DNA of 64,000 nt from an uncultured Gemmatimonadales bacterium (GTDB lineage Bacteria; Gemmatimonadota; Gemmatimonadetes; Gemmatimonadales; GWC2-71-9): assembly GCA_963825055.1 (NCBI GenBank), contig CAWGSK010000034.1:96001-160000 (forward strand). Direction: 5' to 3'. Below, one piece after another: positions 9,646 through 22,959 of this stretch. A program made the translations under genes and the position numbers. Position 1 is the stretch's first letter, and every line of letters starts with the position of its first letter. The notes under the pieces are model-generated. The model saw nothing but the letters and a program-made list of their open reading frames with translations, did not search any database and had not been told where the DNA came from.

Positions 9646-10287
9646 ATGAGACCATTGACCCTGCTGGCCGTTCTCGCCGTCCTGTCGCCCTCGACGGGCC
9701 TGGGCCAGCATCGTATCCGTGCCGGCCTCGGCGTCAGTCTCGACCTCAATACGACCGGAAACCTGGAATTGTTCAGTTCCGCCGCCCCCACGGGACGTTC
9801 CGCGGTGCTCCACTTTCCGATTGAGGTGGGCTCACGCCTCCGGGCCGAGCCGACCCTGGGCTATTTCCGGACCACCGAGGAAACCAGCGACGACGTCGGC
9901 AGCACTTCGGATGCCTTCTCCATCTGGCGGGTTGGGCTCGGCCTGCTGTACCAGTTCCCCATGGATTCCTCAGTCCGCCTTTTCGTCGGCCCCAGGGCCG
10001 GCTTCCGCCGGCTGCGGAGGGATCGCGAGACGTTCTTCGGGGGTGCCGAGCGATTCATCGTCACGAGAACGGACTGGTACGTGACCGCGGCCGGGGGGGG
10101 CGAATATTTCCTCGCGGACCGCTTCAGCCTGGGGGGTGAGGCGCAGTTGACCTGGACCAGTTTCGGCAATGCGGACTTCTCGGTCGACCCGGCGCCGCCG
10201 ACGCCGCTGCCGGCGCAGCGGACGGGAGGCAGCGAGATGGAAACCAACGGCCTGATTACGGTGCGCTGGTATTTCGCGGGTCGGTAG
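9646..10287 (+). CDS. Outer-membrane beta-barrel protein
   Basis: AGGGAG RBS; signal peptide; alternating beta strands, GGEYF..RFSLGGE, C-terminal VRWYF. Confidence 0.7.
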   Translation: MRPLTLLAVLAVLSPSTGLGQHRIRAGLGVSLDLNTTGNLELFSSAAPTGRSAVLHFPIEVGSRLRAEPTLGYFRTTEETSDDVGSTSDAFSIWRVGLGLLYQFPMDSSVRLFVGPRAGFRRLRRDRETFFGGAERFIVTRTDWYVTAAGGGEYFLADRFSLGGEAQLTWTSFGNADFSVDPAPPTPLPAQRTGGSEMETNGLITVRWYFAGR

Positions 10288-11662
10288 CCGGTGTGGGATG
10301 TGTCTGGTCGAAATCAATGACCAGACGCGACAGGTCACGCCCGAAGCGGTGTCGGATGCGCAGGAGGAGCAGGATGGCCACCGTGCCGAGGCCCGCCACC
10401 AGGCCGTACCAGAGGCCGACGGCCCCGAGCGGCGTGCGGAAGCCGAGGAGGAGGCAGAGCGGCATCATCAGGATCCAGAAACCGACAACGTTGATCACCA
10501 TCGGGATCCGGGTGTCGCCGGCACCGCGGAGGATGCCGGCGGAGACCACCTGGAGGCCGTCAAACACCTGGAAGATCCCGGCGATCGGGATGAGCGCGGA
10601 TGCCAGGGCCAGTACCGCGGGCTGGCTCGTATAGACCTTCGCCAGTTCCGACGGAATCGCGATGAACATCAGCGCACTCAGCATCATGAATCCGGTGCCA
10701 CACGCCAGCGCCGCGCCGGCGAAACGCCGGGCCCCCTCCGGGTCGTGCCGTCCGATCGCGTTCCCGACCAGCACGGCCGCCGCGGCCCCGATCCCGAGCG
10801 GTACCATGAAGGTGAACGAGGCGAGGTTGAGCGCGACCTGGTGCCCGGCGAGTTGCTCCGTGCCCAGCCACCCCATCAGCAGGCCGATGATGGCAAACGC
10901 CCCGTACTCCAGCTGGAGCTGCACGCCGATCGGCGCGCCCAGCACGAGCATCCGCCAGAGCGGGGCGGGCTCGAGCACCCGGGGGCGGAACCGGGTGAGG
11001 TGGGCCCGCAGGCTCGGCCACCCGGTGGCCAGCATGCCCAGCGCCATGAACCAGCGGCTGATCGTCGTGGCCCACGCGGCGCCTTCCGCCCCTCCCGCCG
11101 GGAAGCCGAGGTGGCCGAACACGAGCGCCCAGTCCAGGCCGGCGTTGACCAGGTTGGAGGCGATGATCGTGAGGACGATCGGCCGCATGCGGTGCTCAGC
11201 CTGCAGGGTCTGCCGCAGGACGAGGAAGGCCAGGAACGGGAAGATGCCCGGGATGCAGATGCGGTCGTAGAGCGCCGCGATCGGCACCACCTCCGGAGGC
11301 TGGGCAAGCCAGCGCAGCACCGGGCCGGCGGGGAGCATGAGGGCGGTGGCGGGGATGGTCAGGAGCAGGGCGAGCAGGAGGCCGCGCTGGAGGCCGCGGC
11401 TCACGCCGAGCTCGTCGTTGGCACCCACTGCCTGGGCGATGACGGGATCAAGCGCCATGACGACGCCCATGCCGAATACCGATGCCCCGAAGAAGTACAG
11501 GTTTCCCAGTGCCACCGCGGCGAGAGCGACGCCCGAGACGTGGCCGACCATGACCGTATCCACGACGCCCATCGCCATCATGCCGACCTGCACGAAGGCC
11601 ACAGGCGCCGCCAGCTTGACGGTGCGTCGCAGGTCCTCGAGGTTCGGGATGAAAGGGCGCAT
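10256..11662 (-). CDS. MATE family efflux transporter (NorM-like)
   Basis: About 12 TM helices; VDTVMVGH, FQVFDGLQ..GILRGAGDTR motifs. Confidence 0.9.
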   Translation of the reverse strand: MRPFIPNLEDLRRTVKLAAPVAFVQVGMMAMGVVDTVMVGHVSGVALAAVALGNLYFFGASVFGMGVVMALDPVIAQAVGANDELGVSRGLQRGLLLALLLTIPATALMLPAGPVLRWLAQPPEVVPIAALYDRICIPGIFPFLAFLVLRQTLQAEHRMRPIVLTIIASNLVNAGLDWALVFGHLGFPAGGAEGAAWATTISRWFMALGMLATGWPSLRAHLTRFRPRVLEPAPLWRMLVLGAPIGVQLQLEYGAFAIIGLLMGWLGTEQLAGHQVALNLASFTFMVPLGIGAAAAVLVGNAIGRHDPEGARRFAGAALACGTGFMMLSALMFIAIPSELAKVYTSQPAVLALASALIPIAGIFQVFDGLQVVSAGILRGAGDTRIPMVINVVGFWILMMPLCLLLGFRTPLGAVGLWYGLVAGLGTVAILLLLRIRHRFGRDLSRLVIDFDQTHPTPATDPRNTSAP

Positions 11663-11667
11663 AGGTG

Positions 11668-11718
11668 AGGGCGGACAGGGCGGACAGGGCGGACAGGGCG
11701 GTCGATAATAGGGCGGTC
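11668..11718. repeat. 9-bp tandem repeat AGGGCGGAC x3 plus two AGGGCGGTC copies
   Basis: Read directly. Confidence 0.85.
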
Positions 11719-11723
11719 GGAGG

Positions 11724-11758
11724 GAATAGTGAATAGTGACTGGTGATTCGTGGTTAGT
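11724..11758. repeat. Degenerate heptamer repeat (GAATAGT-like) x5
   Basis: GAATAGT GAATAGT GACTGGT GATTCGT GGTTAGT. Confidence 0.65.
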
Positions 11759-11780
11759 GCCTGGGCGGAGAGTACCTTCG

Positions 11781-11836
11781 CGATACCCGATACCCGATAC
11801 CCGATACCCGATACCCGATACCCGATACCCGATACC
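11781..11836. repeat. Perfect heptamer tandem repeat CGATACC x8
   Basis: Read directly; ends 11 nt before the amidase ATG. Confidence 0.95.
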
Positions 11837-11847
11837 CCGAGCTCCCC

Positions 11848-13439
11848 ATGTCCACGCTCCCCCGCCGCGACTTCCTCCAGCTCACCGCTGCCATCGGCGC
11901 GGCGGCGGCGATGCCCGCAGTCCGTCGGCCCATCCGCCGGCCCGATGCAGGGTTCGATGAGGTCTCCGTCCGCGAGTTCCAGCGGCGGATGGCCGCCGGC
12001 GAGCTGACCTCGGCTGCCCTGACCGCGCACTACCTGCAGCGGATCTCGGCGCTCGATCGTACCGGCCCGGCGCTCCACAGTGTCCTCGAGGTCAATCCCG
12101 ACGCGGCGTCGCTCGCGCGCGCGCTGGACCGGGAGCGCGCGGCAGGGAAGGTGCGTGGGCCCATGCATGGGATTCCGGTACTGATCAAGGACAACATTGA
12201 CACCGGGGACCGGATGCAGACCACGGCCGGGTCGTTTGCCCTCGACGGGCATCCTGCTCGCGCCGATGCGTCGCTCGTGGCCCGTCTCCGCGAGGCCGGG
12301 GCGGTCATCCTGGGCAAGACCAATCTCAGTGAATGGGCCAATTTCCGCTCCAGCCACTCCAGCAGTGGATGGAGCGGGCGCGGTGGCCAGTGCCGGAACC
12401 CCTACGTGCTCGACCGGAATCCCTGCGGTTCCAGCAGCGGATCGGGGGTGGCCGTGTCCGCCAACCTCTGTGCCGTCGCCGTGGGGACGGAGACGGACGG
12501 GTCTGTCGTGTGCCCGGCGAACGCCAACGGGATCGTCGGCATCAAGCCGACTGTCGGATGGGTAAGCCGCACCGGCGTCATTCCGATCAGCCACAGCCAG
12601 GACACCGCGGGCCCCATGGCGCGCACGGTGGCCGATGCCGCGCTGCTGATCATGGCAATGGCGGGCGGTGACCCCGGGGATCCCGCCACCCGCGAGGCCC
12701 CCGGGCCGATGCCGGACCTCGCGGCCTCCCTCGACCCGCGCGGCCTGACGGGATTGCGGATCGGCGTGGTGCGCCAGGCCTTCGGCTTCGACGACCGGGT
12801 CGACACCATCATGGAGCAGGCGCTCAGGGTCCTGAGTGGCGGCGGCGCCACGCTGGTGGACCCGGTGGAAATGCCGACCTGGGAAAAAGCGGGAGACGAC
12901 GAGTACCAGGTCCTGCTCTACGAGTTCAAGGCCGACCTGAACGCCTACCTGGCGCGGCGCGGTCATCCCGGCGCGCGCACCCTCGGCGACCTCATCAGTT
13001 TCAACGAGGCCAACACTGGTCGTGAAATGCCATGGTTCGGCCAGGAGATTTTCCTCGAGGCCAACGCGAAGGGTCCGTTGAGCGAGGAGGCGTATCGGAC
13101 CGCCCGGGCGAACTGCGTCCGGCTGACCCGGGTCGAGGGGATCGATGCCGCCCTCCGGCAGCACAGCCTCGACCTGCTGGTGGCCCCGACGGGCGGTCCG
13201 GCCTGGGTGACCGACCTGGTCAACGGAGATCATTTTTCCGGAGGGAGTTCTTCCATGCCCGCGATCTCCGGGTACCCGGCGATCACGGTGCCGGCGGGGA
13301 TGATCCATGGGCTGCCCGTGGGCTTGTCGTTCTTCGGGGCGGCCTGGAGCGAGCCGGTGCTGGTGAAGGCGGCCTATGGGTTCGAGCAGGCGTCCCGGGC
13401 CCGGCGGGTGCCGGAGTTCCGCGGGATGGTAGAGGGTAG

Positions 13440-13467
<28 letters not shown>
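11848..13467 (+). CDS. Amidase signature family enzyme with Tat signal peptide (extreme 3' end uncertain)
   Basis: RRDFL Tat motif; IKDN, GKTNLSEWA, GSSSGS, GTETDGS. Confidence 0.9.
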
Positions 13468-15235
<1,768 letters not shown>

Positions 15236-15249
15236 GTTGTCATGGGATA

Positions 15250-15323
15250 TGGGCCCGACAGGATTCGAACCTGTGACCTCTTGCTCCGGAGGCAAGCGCT
15301 CTATCCAACTGAGCTACGGACCC
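15250..15323 (-). tRNA. tRNA-Arg (anticodon CCG)
   Basis: Reverse complement GGGTCCGTAGCTCAGTTGGATAGAGCG CTTGC-CTCCGGA-GCAAG AGGTCACAGGTTCGAATCCTGTCGGGCCCA; no encoded CCA. Confidence 0.95.
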
Positions 15324-15479
15324 TTGCGGGGGGTGGAATGTCGCCACGGCCGGGGGTGGAGTCAACTCTGCCCCACCGGGGGCGCGCGGTACATCCGCCT
15401 TCCTCAGAACTTCAGACTTTCCTCAGGATCGTTCTCCTATCCTGCGGGCATGACGACGCGTCCCCTGTGGGAGGTTCCT

Positions 15480-15881
15480 ATGAAAGTCGCCGATGTGATG
15501 CAGTCCCGGGTGATCTCGGTGGCGCACGACGCCACCCTGGCCGATGCGGTGGTCACACTTGCGGAGGCCCACGTCAGCGGCCTGCCAGTGATCGACCGTC
15601 ATGACCGGCTCGTCGGGGTACTCTCGTCGAGTGACGTGATGGCGGCGCTTGCGGACGACCACGGGCTCGGCCGGGGCCGGGATTACCTCAATGAGACGAC
15701 GGTGCGGGAAGTCATGACCCCGCGACCCGCCACGATCCTGGCCGACGTCGACCTCCGTGAGGCGGCCCAGCAGATGCTGTACCTCGGTGTCCACCGGCTA
15801 TTCGTGGAAGAGGGAGGGGAACTGGCGGGGGTGGTCTCCCAGACGGACATCGTCAGCGCGGTGGCGACCGGCAGGGCCTGA
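15480..15881 (+). CDS. CBS-domain pair protein
   Basis: GGAGG RBS; MKVADVM, SGLPVID..LVGVLS..D, GVVSQTD. Confidence 0.85.
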   Translation: MKVADVMQSRVISVAHDATLADAVVTLAEAHVSGLPVIDRHDRLVGVLSSSDVMAALADDHGLGRGRDYLNETTVREVMTPRPATILADVDLREAAQQMLYLGVHRLFVEEGGELAGVVSQTDIVSAVATGRA

Positions 15882-15927
15882 CATTATATCCTCCGGGGTC
15901 GGCAGCATCTCCTTCCCCGGAGGTTCG

Positions 15928-16600
15928 GTGCGCTCCTCCCTGCGGCAGGCAACCGTCTGCCTGCTCCTTCTCCTTCCGTTGTTTTCAGGATCCAGGGCCC
16001 AGGCCGCGGATCCCGAAGGACCTTCGGGCTACGGGCTTCTCGCGCTCGATGTCCGGGCCCGCCAGGCCATCCAGGCACACCGGACTCCCGCGGGCAACAC
16101 CGTCTCCAGGATATTCCGGGAATACGGCGAGGCGCCGGTCTATGTCACGGTCGTTGTGCTGCTCCTCGCGTCCGGCCGTGTCCTGCGGCGCCGGCGGTTG
16201 ACGCAGGCTGGCCTCCGGCTCGCGGGCGCGCTCCTGCTCGCGGGTCTCATCGCCAATACGGGGAAAGTGGCGCTGGGCCGGGAGCGGCCCTCCCGCTCCG
16301 AGGCGCCTGACGTTTTCCGGCTGTGGAGCAGCCGGGGCTCGTTCCCGTCCGGTCACACCGCTGTGGCGTTTGTGCTGAGCGGGTCGCTGGCCGCGGAGCT
16401 CGCCAATCCGGTCGTCGGCGCGGGACTGTACCTGGTGGCCGCCGGCACGGGCTGGTCGCGCATGAACGACAACGCGCACTGGCTGACGGATGTGGTGGCG
16501 GGGGCGCTGGCGGGGATCCTGTCCGTGATGATCGTGCGGCGGCGCTGGCCCGGGCTCGTCGTGTGCCGGTCGCTCCGGAGGAGCTTCCGGCGGCGGGGTT
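15928..16600 (+). CDS. PAP2 family phosphatase (3' end lost in degraded sequence)
   Basis: K..GRERP, SFPSGH, SRMNDNAHWLTDV catalytic motifs. Confidence 0.8.
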
Positions 16601-16970
16601 GTGAGTGTGATTATAGTGTGGTGATGTGGGTGTTGTGGGTTTGTATTTTGATTATTTGTGTTATTGGTTGGATATATATGATATTGTTTTTGTGGTGTTT
16701 TGTTAGTGTAGTATGGAGTTTGTTTTTTTTTTTTTTTTTGTTTTGTGTGTTATTTGTTTGTTTTTTTGTTTTGTTGTTGTATTTGTTTGTTTTGTTTTGT
16801 GTTTTTTGTGTGTTTGTTTTTTTTTTTTTTGTGTTTTTGTTTTGTTTTTGTTTGTTGTTTTTAGTTTTTTTTTTTTTTTTTTGTGTTTTTGTTTGTTTTG
16901 TTTTTTTTTTTTGTGTTGTTTTTTGTTTTGTTTTTTTTTTTTTTTTGTTTTGTGTAGTCTTCTATTCTTC
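16600..16970. other. T/G-only low-complexity stretch; probable sequencing artefact
   Basis: C and A almost absent; flanking genes degrade into it from both sides. Confidence 0.85.
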
Positions 16971-16999
16971 TGGGGTGAGAGCGATGTCGTCTCGTAGTG

Positions 17000-19900
17000 C
17001 TTCCCGCCGGCGCTTTCGGGGTGCTGGGTGACCTGCCAGCGGCGCCATAGCAGGTAGATGGCGGGTATGACGATGAGTGTGAGTAGAGTTGACGTGAGCA
17101 TCTCGCTGATCATGGGTGAGGCGATCCGTTTCATCACGTCGGCCCGTGCGTGGCTCCAGAGAATGGGCCCAGTCCGCGATGATGGCGATGACAGTCATCA
17201 CTCGGGCCGCAGCCGTTCTAGTCGCTTCCCGGACGCGCGGCGACGTCGGCGTCCACTATCCGCCCTTCCAGGCGCGACGATGGAAGGTCTCATCCAGGTA
17301 GATGAGCATCACGACGCCGGTTTCCGCGGCGACGCCGGCGAGGGCGATGCTCGACGCAGACCGCCACGCTGTATTGTAGCTGAGCGCTCAGAGGAACCAG
17401 ATGCCGCCGACCAGGGAGAACGGCAGGGCCAGCATGACGATGAGAGATTCGGGTACGTTCCGAAGTTCAGATAGAGCAACAGGAAGATGATCTCAGGGTC
17501 ACGGGACGACGATGCGCATCTCTGCGACCCGCTGCATGAATTCGTACTGTCCGCTCCATATGAGGCTGTACCCGGTGGGTAGAGTGAGCCGGCTACGACG
17601 TCCTGGGCCAGGCGCACGTAGCCTCCGATGTCCCCCTCACTGATGTCGACGAAGATCGTCGTGACGGGGAAGGCGTTCTCGTTTTCACGCCATGGGACCG
17701 TGCACGACGCGGACCGTCGCGACCTGGCCCAGGGGGATCTGCCGGCCGCCTATGGCGGGCACCACCACCTCCTTCAGCTTCTCGACGTTGTCACGCAGTT
17801 CGCGCGGGTAACGGACTTGACGGCGTAGCGTTCGCGGCCCTCGACGGTGAATGCGGCACTGATCCCCCCGACGTGGCCATGATCGCATTGTGGATGTCCC
17901 CGACGTTGAGGCCGTAGCGTGCCGCCTCGCTCCGGTTGACGTCGATGTCCACGTAGTAGCCAGACACGCCCCGCTCCGCGAAGGCGCTCCGCGTTCCCGG
18001 AACCTGCTGCATGATGCGCTCGACCTGTTCGCCGAGGGCCTGCAGCGTGTCCAGGTCGGGTCCGAAGATCTTGATGCCGACGCCGTTCGCACCCCGGTGG
18101 CGAGCATGTCGATCCGGCCCTTGATGGGCATGGTCCAGGCGTTGGTGACCCGGCATGCCCACCGACCGGTCCATAACGGACACCAGCCGCTCGTACGTCA
18201 TCCCCGCCCGCCATTGCTTTCGGGCTTGAGGGTGATGGTTGTCTCGTACATGTCGAGTGGGGCGGGATCGTGGCGGTGGAGGCGCGACCGCCTTGCCCAG
18301 GACCCGTTCGACCTCGGGGAACGAGGCGAGGATGCTGTCCTGGTAACGCATGATATCCCGCGCCTGCGCGATGGAAACGCCAGGCACGGTCGTGGGCATG
18401 AAGAGGATGGAGCCCTCATGGAGCGGCGGCATGAACTCGCTTCCAGCCGGCGCCAGGGCAGTGCCGTGACGGCCAGAGCGCGTGGCCACGAGAATGACGC
18501 TCCAGGGACGACGCACTGCCAGGTCGATCACCGGCCGGTAGACGCTGGAGAATCGATTGACCGGATTTCCCCGGCCGGAACCGGCGCGAATGAGGTAGCC
18601 CATCAGCACGGGCACGAGTGTGATGGAGAGAAGAGCGGCGCTGGCCATGGCGAACGTCTTGTGAACGCTAGGGGCTTGAACAGTCGCCCTCCTGCTGCTC
18701 CAGGGAAAACACGGGCAGGAAGCTGAAGGTGATGATCAGGAGCGAGAAGAAGAGCGGCGGCCCGACCTGCTTCGCGCTCCCAGCACGATTCCCATCGTGA
18801 GACATCGGGGGCGGCGCGTTCGAGATGCTTGTGCATGTTCTCGATCATGACGATCGCCGCATCCACCATGGCGCCGATGGCGATCGCAATTCCGCCCAGG
18901 CTCATGATATTGGCATTGACGCCGATGGCATGCATGACCAGGAACGAAATCAGGATGCCAATGGGTAGCGTGATGATGGCCACCAGGGCGGAACGGAAGT
19001 GGAGCAGGAAGAGCACGGCTACGGCGGCGACGATCAGGGATTCTTCTATGAGCTTGTCCCGCAGGGTGGCGATGGCGCGGTGAATCAGGTCGCTCCGGTC
19101 GTAGGCGGTGCGCAGCCGCACGCCGGCCGGCAGGCCCCGCTGGATGTCGGCCAGCCGGGCCTTGACGGCCTCGATCGTCTGGAGTGCATCGGAACCGAAA
19201 CGCATGACCACGATGCCGGCCACACCTCGCCCTTGCCGTCCAGATCCGCCGCGCCCCGCCGGGGCGCGGGTCCCACCTGCACGGTGGCGACGTCCCCGAC
19301 GCGGATCGGCGTGCCGTTCATGGTGGCACCGACCGTTACGTCCTCAATGTCGGAGGTGCCCTCGAGGTATCCGAGGCCGCGGATCATGTACTCCCGGCCG
19401 CCCATCTCCAGCACCCGGGCCCCGATGTCCACGTTGTGAGAGCCGATGGCCTGGGCCACCCGTGTGACGGGGATGCCGAACGCCCGCAGTCGCTCCGGGT
19501 CGACCTCTACCTGGTACTGCTTCTGGAAACCACCGAGGCTGGCCACCTCGGACACGCCGGGCACGGCGGTGAGCTGGTAGCGGATGTACCAGTCCTGCAG
19601 GGTACGGAGCTGGGCGAGATCCAGGCTGTCCGATTCCAGTACGTACTCGAACACCCAGCCCACCCCGGTGGCATCGGGCCCGAGCGCAGGCTCCACACCG
19701 GTCGGGAGCGTCTTGCGGATCCCGTTGAGGTATTCCAGGACCCGGGAGCGGGCCCAGTAGATGTCGGTGCCGTCCTCGAAGATGACGTAGACGAGGCTGA
19801 GCCCGAAGAACGAGTAGCCGCGCACGACACGGGCCCCGGGCACCTTGAGCATCTCGGTGGTGATCGGATAGGTCACCTGGTCCTCCACAATGCCGGGCGC

Positions 19901-20068
19901 CTGCTCGGCAAAGTCGGTCTGGACGATGACCTGCACATCGGAGAGGTCGGGAATGGCGTCGAGCGGGGTGGCGAGCATGGCCCAGATGCCGCCCGCGACG
20001 AGTGCCGCCGTTCCCAGCAGGACGAGGAACCGGTTCCGGAGCGACCAGGCGATGATGGCGTTAATCAT
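17000..20068 (-). CDS. cusA: CusA/CzcA family heavy-metal RND efflux permease, broken by several frameshifts in this sequence
   Basis: [65 protein letters not shown] and [19 protein letters not shown] occur in successive frames over ~3.07 kb; errors increase toward the degraded region. Confidence 0.85.
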
Positions 20069-21287
20069 GGGAGTGCTCTGCCGTGTCGGGGGTCGTGCTG
20101 TCGGGCGCCCCGTGCTGCATCCCCGGCATGACCGAACCGGTGGTGGCCAGGCGTGACTCGGCGTCCACCAGGAAGTTGGCCGAGCCGACGATGACTTCTC
20201 CCTCCTTGAGACCGTCGAGGACCTGCACCCGGTCGCCGGCGCGTGCACCCAGCACGACTTCCCTCGGCGACAGCATGCCGGTGGAGTCCTGGATGAAGAC
20301 CAGGTTGCGCTCACCCGTCACGATGACGGCCGCCATCGGGACTGAGGGGAAACTCCCCCCCAGGTCGGATTCGAAATAGATGGTGGCAAACATGCCGGGC
20401 TTGAGTCGGAGGTCGCGATTCGCGACGGTGACCCGGACCCGGTTGGTGCGGCTTCGCACATCCACGGTGGGATAGACGAAACTCACCCGACCCATCACGT
20501 GTTCGCCGGGATAGGCCGAGACCTCGATGTGGGCCTGCATCCCCTCACGGACGAACTTCAGGTCCTGTTCGAACAGCTCGCCCTCCACCCAGACCTCGTG
20601 CAGATCGGCGATGCGGTAGAGCTTCTCACCCGGCATCACCCGTTGCCCCTCGACCAGGTTCTTCTCCAGCACGATCCCGCTCACCGGAGACACCAGCGTG
20701 AGGGTCTTGGTGACCTCACCGCTCTGCTCCAGCCGGGAGATCTGGCCGGGAGTGATGTCCCACCAGGCCAGGCGGCGGCGGGAGGCCTCCAGTGTGGCCT
20801 GGGCGGCCTGCCACGCCTCGCCGGCGCTGGTGTCGATCGACGATGCGAGGCGCTTCGCGGTCAGGAACTCCTCCTGCGCGGCCACCAGTTCGGGGCTGTA
20901 GAGTGCGAGGAGCGGCTGGCCCCGGCGCACCGTTTCACCGGTGGTGGCGACCATCAGCCGCTCCACGTAGCCCGCCACCTTGGGGGTCACCTCCACCACG
21001 TTCTGCTCCGGCGCCATGATCTCGCCGACCGTGCGCACCGTGCGGGTGAGCGGTTCCCTCCCGACGGTGGTGTAGACCACCCCGAGAGCCTTTTCCTGCT
21101 CGGCGGAGAGGTGGACGGCCTGCCGGAGAGCGGCGCCGGCACTGTCGGTCGCCCCCTGCGTCCCGCCGGCCTGCATGCGGGCGTGCTCTTCCGCGGTCAT
21201 GCCCGCCATCGAAGCCTGCTCTTCCGGCCCGCCACAGGCAGCGACCAGCGTGGCCACCGCCAGGGTGACCATCCAGGTGCGGCTCAT
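20061..21287 (-). CDS. cusB: CusB-like RND periplasmic adaptor subunit
   Basis: LYSPELVAAQEEFL, LYRIADL..VWVE, LKPGMF, NFLVDAESRL; Met/His-rich termini; AAGGAG RBS. Confidence 0.85.
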   Translation of the reverse strand: MSRTWMVTLAVATLVAACGGPEEQASMAGMTAEEHARMQAGGTQGATDSAGAALRQAVHLSAEQEKALGVVYTTVGREPLTRTVRTVGEIMAPEQNVVEVTPKVAGYVERLMVATTGETVRRGQPLLALYSPELVAAQEEFLTAKRLASSIDTSAGEAWQAAQATLEASRRRLAWWDITPGQISRLEQSGEVTKTLTLVSPVSGIVLEKNLVEGQRVMPGEKLYRIADLHEVWVEGELFEQDLKFVREGMQAHIEVSAYPGEHVMGRVSFVYPTVDVRSRTNRVRVTVANRDLRLKPGMFATIYFESDLGGSFPSVPMAAVIVTGERNLVFIQDSTGMLSPREVVLGARAGDRVQVLDGLKEGEVIVGSANFLVDAESRLATTGSVMPGMQHGAPDSTTPDTAEHSHD

Positions 21288-22569
21288 TCGATATCTCCTT
21301 CTCTGCCCAGGAGGGCGCGGATGCGGGCCGTGGCCTGCTGCCACGACGCCGCCAGCCGGACCGACTCGGTCTCGTAGCGGTTCACCGTCATCTCGTTTTC
21401 TATGAGCGTCATGAAGTCCACCTGCCCAACGCGGTAGGCGGAGAGTGCCGATTCGACCGCCGCCCGCGCCTGGGGGATGATGGCGGTTTCATACAGGGCG
21501 TGGAGCGTCCGGGCCCGCTCGGCTTCCGCACGGGCCTCGGTCAGTTGGGCGAACGTCTCGTTGTGGAGGTTCCGCGCCATGGCTTCCTCCCCCTCCTGCA
21601 TCGCGGCCATCTCGCGCCGGAGCGGCAACTGCCGCGAGCCGGCCCAGAGCGGGACGCTGATGCCGACCATGACGCTGACCATGTCGTCGAACTGCGGTCG
21701 CTGGCCGTAGCCCACCGTCACCATGAAGTCGGGGTAGAGTGCCCGGCGTGCGGCGCGGTATCCGGCCTGTGCGGCGTTCACCCGCTCGGCCGCCGCCGCG
21801 AGTGCGGGTCGCTCGCGCACCGCGGTGGCCAGCAGTTCCCCGGCCGGCGGCAGGGCCCCCCCGGGGGCGGGCAGCGCGAGTGCGCCCACCGGCGCGGTGG
21901 CTTCCCGTCCCAGCAGGGCGTTGAGCCGCGCCGCGAGGGCCACGCGCTGCTGCTCGGCCACCGTGATGTCTTCGGTCATCCGCGCCACGGCGACCTGGGC
22001 CTGCAGGACGTCCTGCTGCAGTCCTGCGCCGGTCGCGTACCGGCTCCGCGAAACCTGGAAGAAGTCCCGCAGGAGATCGCGGGTCCTTTCCATGATCAGC
22101 AGGCCGCGGTCCACGAAGGCCAGTTCGTAGTAGGTCTCCGTGACACCTCGGGCGAGCTGGAGGCCGGCCTCGTCCGCGTCCAGGGTGCCGGCACGGGCAA
22201 GGTGCGCCGCCCGTTCCCGGCTGAACCCGAGTTTGCCCGGCCACGGAAGGGACTGGGTCACCTCCAGCCGGTTCATGGTCATGGGCTCGGCCGTGCCGAA
22301 TCCTGTCAGCGGTCGGTTTGCCAGCCCAAGCGTCAGCCTGGATCGGGAAGCGCGCCCGCCTGCGAGACCCGCTCGCCCGCCACCAGGGCGGAACTGCGCG
22401 CGGCGCCGAGGGCGGGGTTGTCCTCCCGGGCGATCCGGAGCGCCTCCGCAAGCCGTAACGTGTCCAGGGCGGGAGCCTGTGCGGCCGAGTCGCCCGGACC
22501 CGCAACCAGCAGGGCCATGGCAACTGACCACGGGCGCGCCAGTGTGGCGCACCAATTGATGATGGACAT
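21284..22569 (-). CDS. TolC/CusC family outer-membrane efflux protein, single frameshift near 22340
   Basis: N-terminal ...QAGALPDP joins RLTLGLAN..QSLPWPGKL in the adjacent frame; C-terminal AYRVGQVDF; GGAGAGG RBS. Confidence 0.8.
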
Positions 22570-22647
22570 ACCTCTCCTGCCTGCGTGTGAGAATTGCAGC
22601 CTGGCGCAACGCGGGGCGATGCGACCAGCACGATCAGGTTGGGGAGG

Positions 22648-22959
22648 TCAGGCCTCGGGAGGTGGGCAGGGGGGTGCGACCGGTTCGGCGGCCCGAAGGG
22701 ACGGCGGCTCGGCTGCGGGTGCCGAAAGGGGGTTGAGCGGAATGTTCGGGATGATACCCGTCTGGATCACGGGTGCCGTATTCACGCAGTGGCTCGGCAT
22801 GAAGCAGCCCGGCGCGGATGGTACAGTGTGGTGGCCGGGTGTGGCGGGCGCGGTTTCATGGCACGGGGTGGATGCCGGGAGCAAGCACGTGGCCGGGAGG
22901 GCCAGCCAGGAAAGCTGGACCACCAGCAGCAGCGTTGCAGCGATCCCGATGCGCTTCAA
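22648..22959 (-). CDS. Small Cys/His-rich protein with hydrophobic N-terminus and poly-Pro C-terminus (DUF2946/CutF-like leader)
   Basis: AAGGA then TTG at 22959; 103 aa ending PVAPPCPPPEA; immediately upstream of the efflux operon. Confidence 0.6.
   Translation of the reverse strand: MKRIGIAATLLLVVQLSWLALPATCLLPASTPCHETAPATPGHHTVPSAPGCFMPSHCVNTAPVIQTGIIPNIPLNPLSAPAAEPPSLRAAEPVAPPCPPPEA

Noticed and set aside
16600..17031. Long hydrophobic Phe/Val/Cys C-terminal extension of the PAP2 ORF
   Set aside because: It derives from the T/G-only artefact region.
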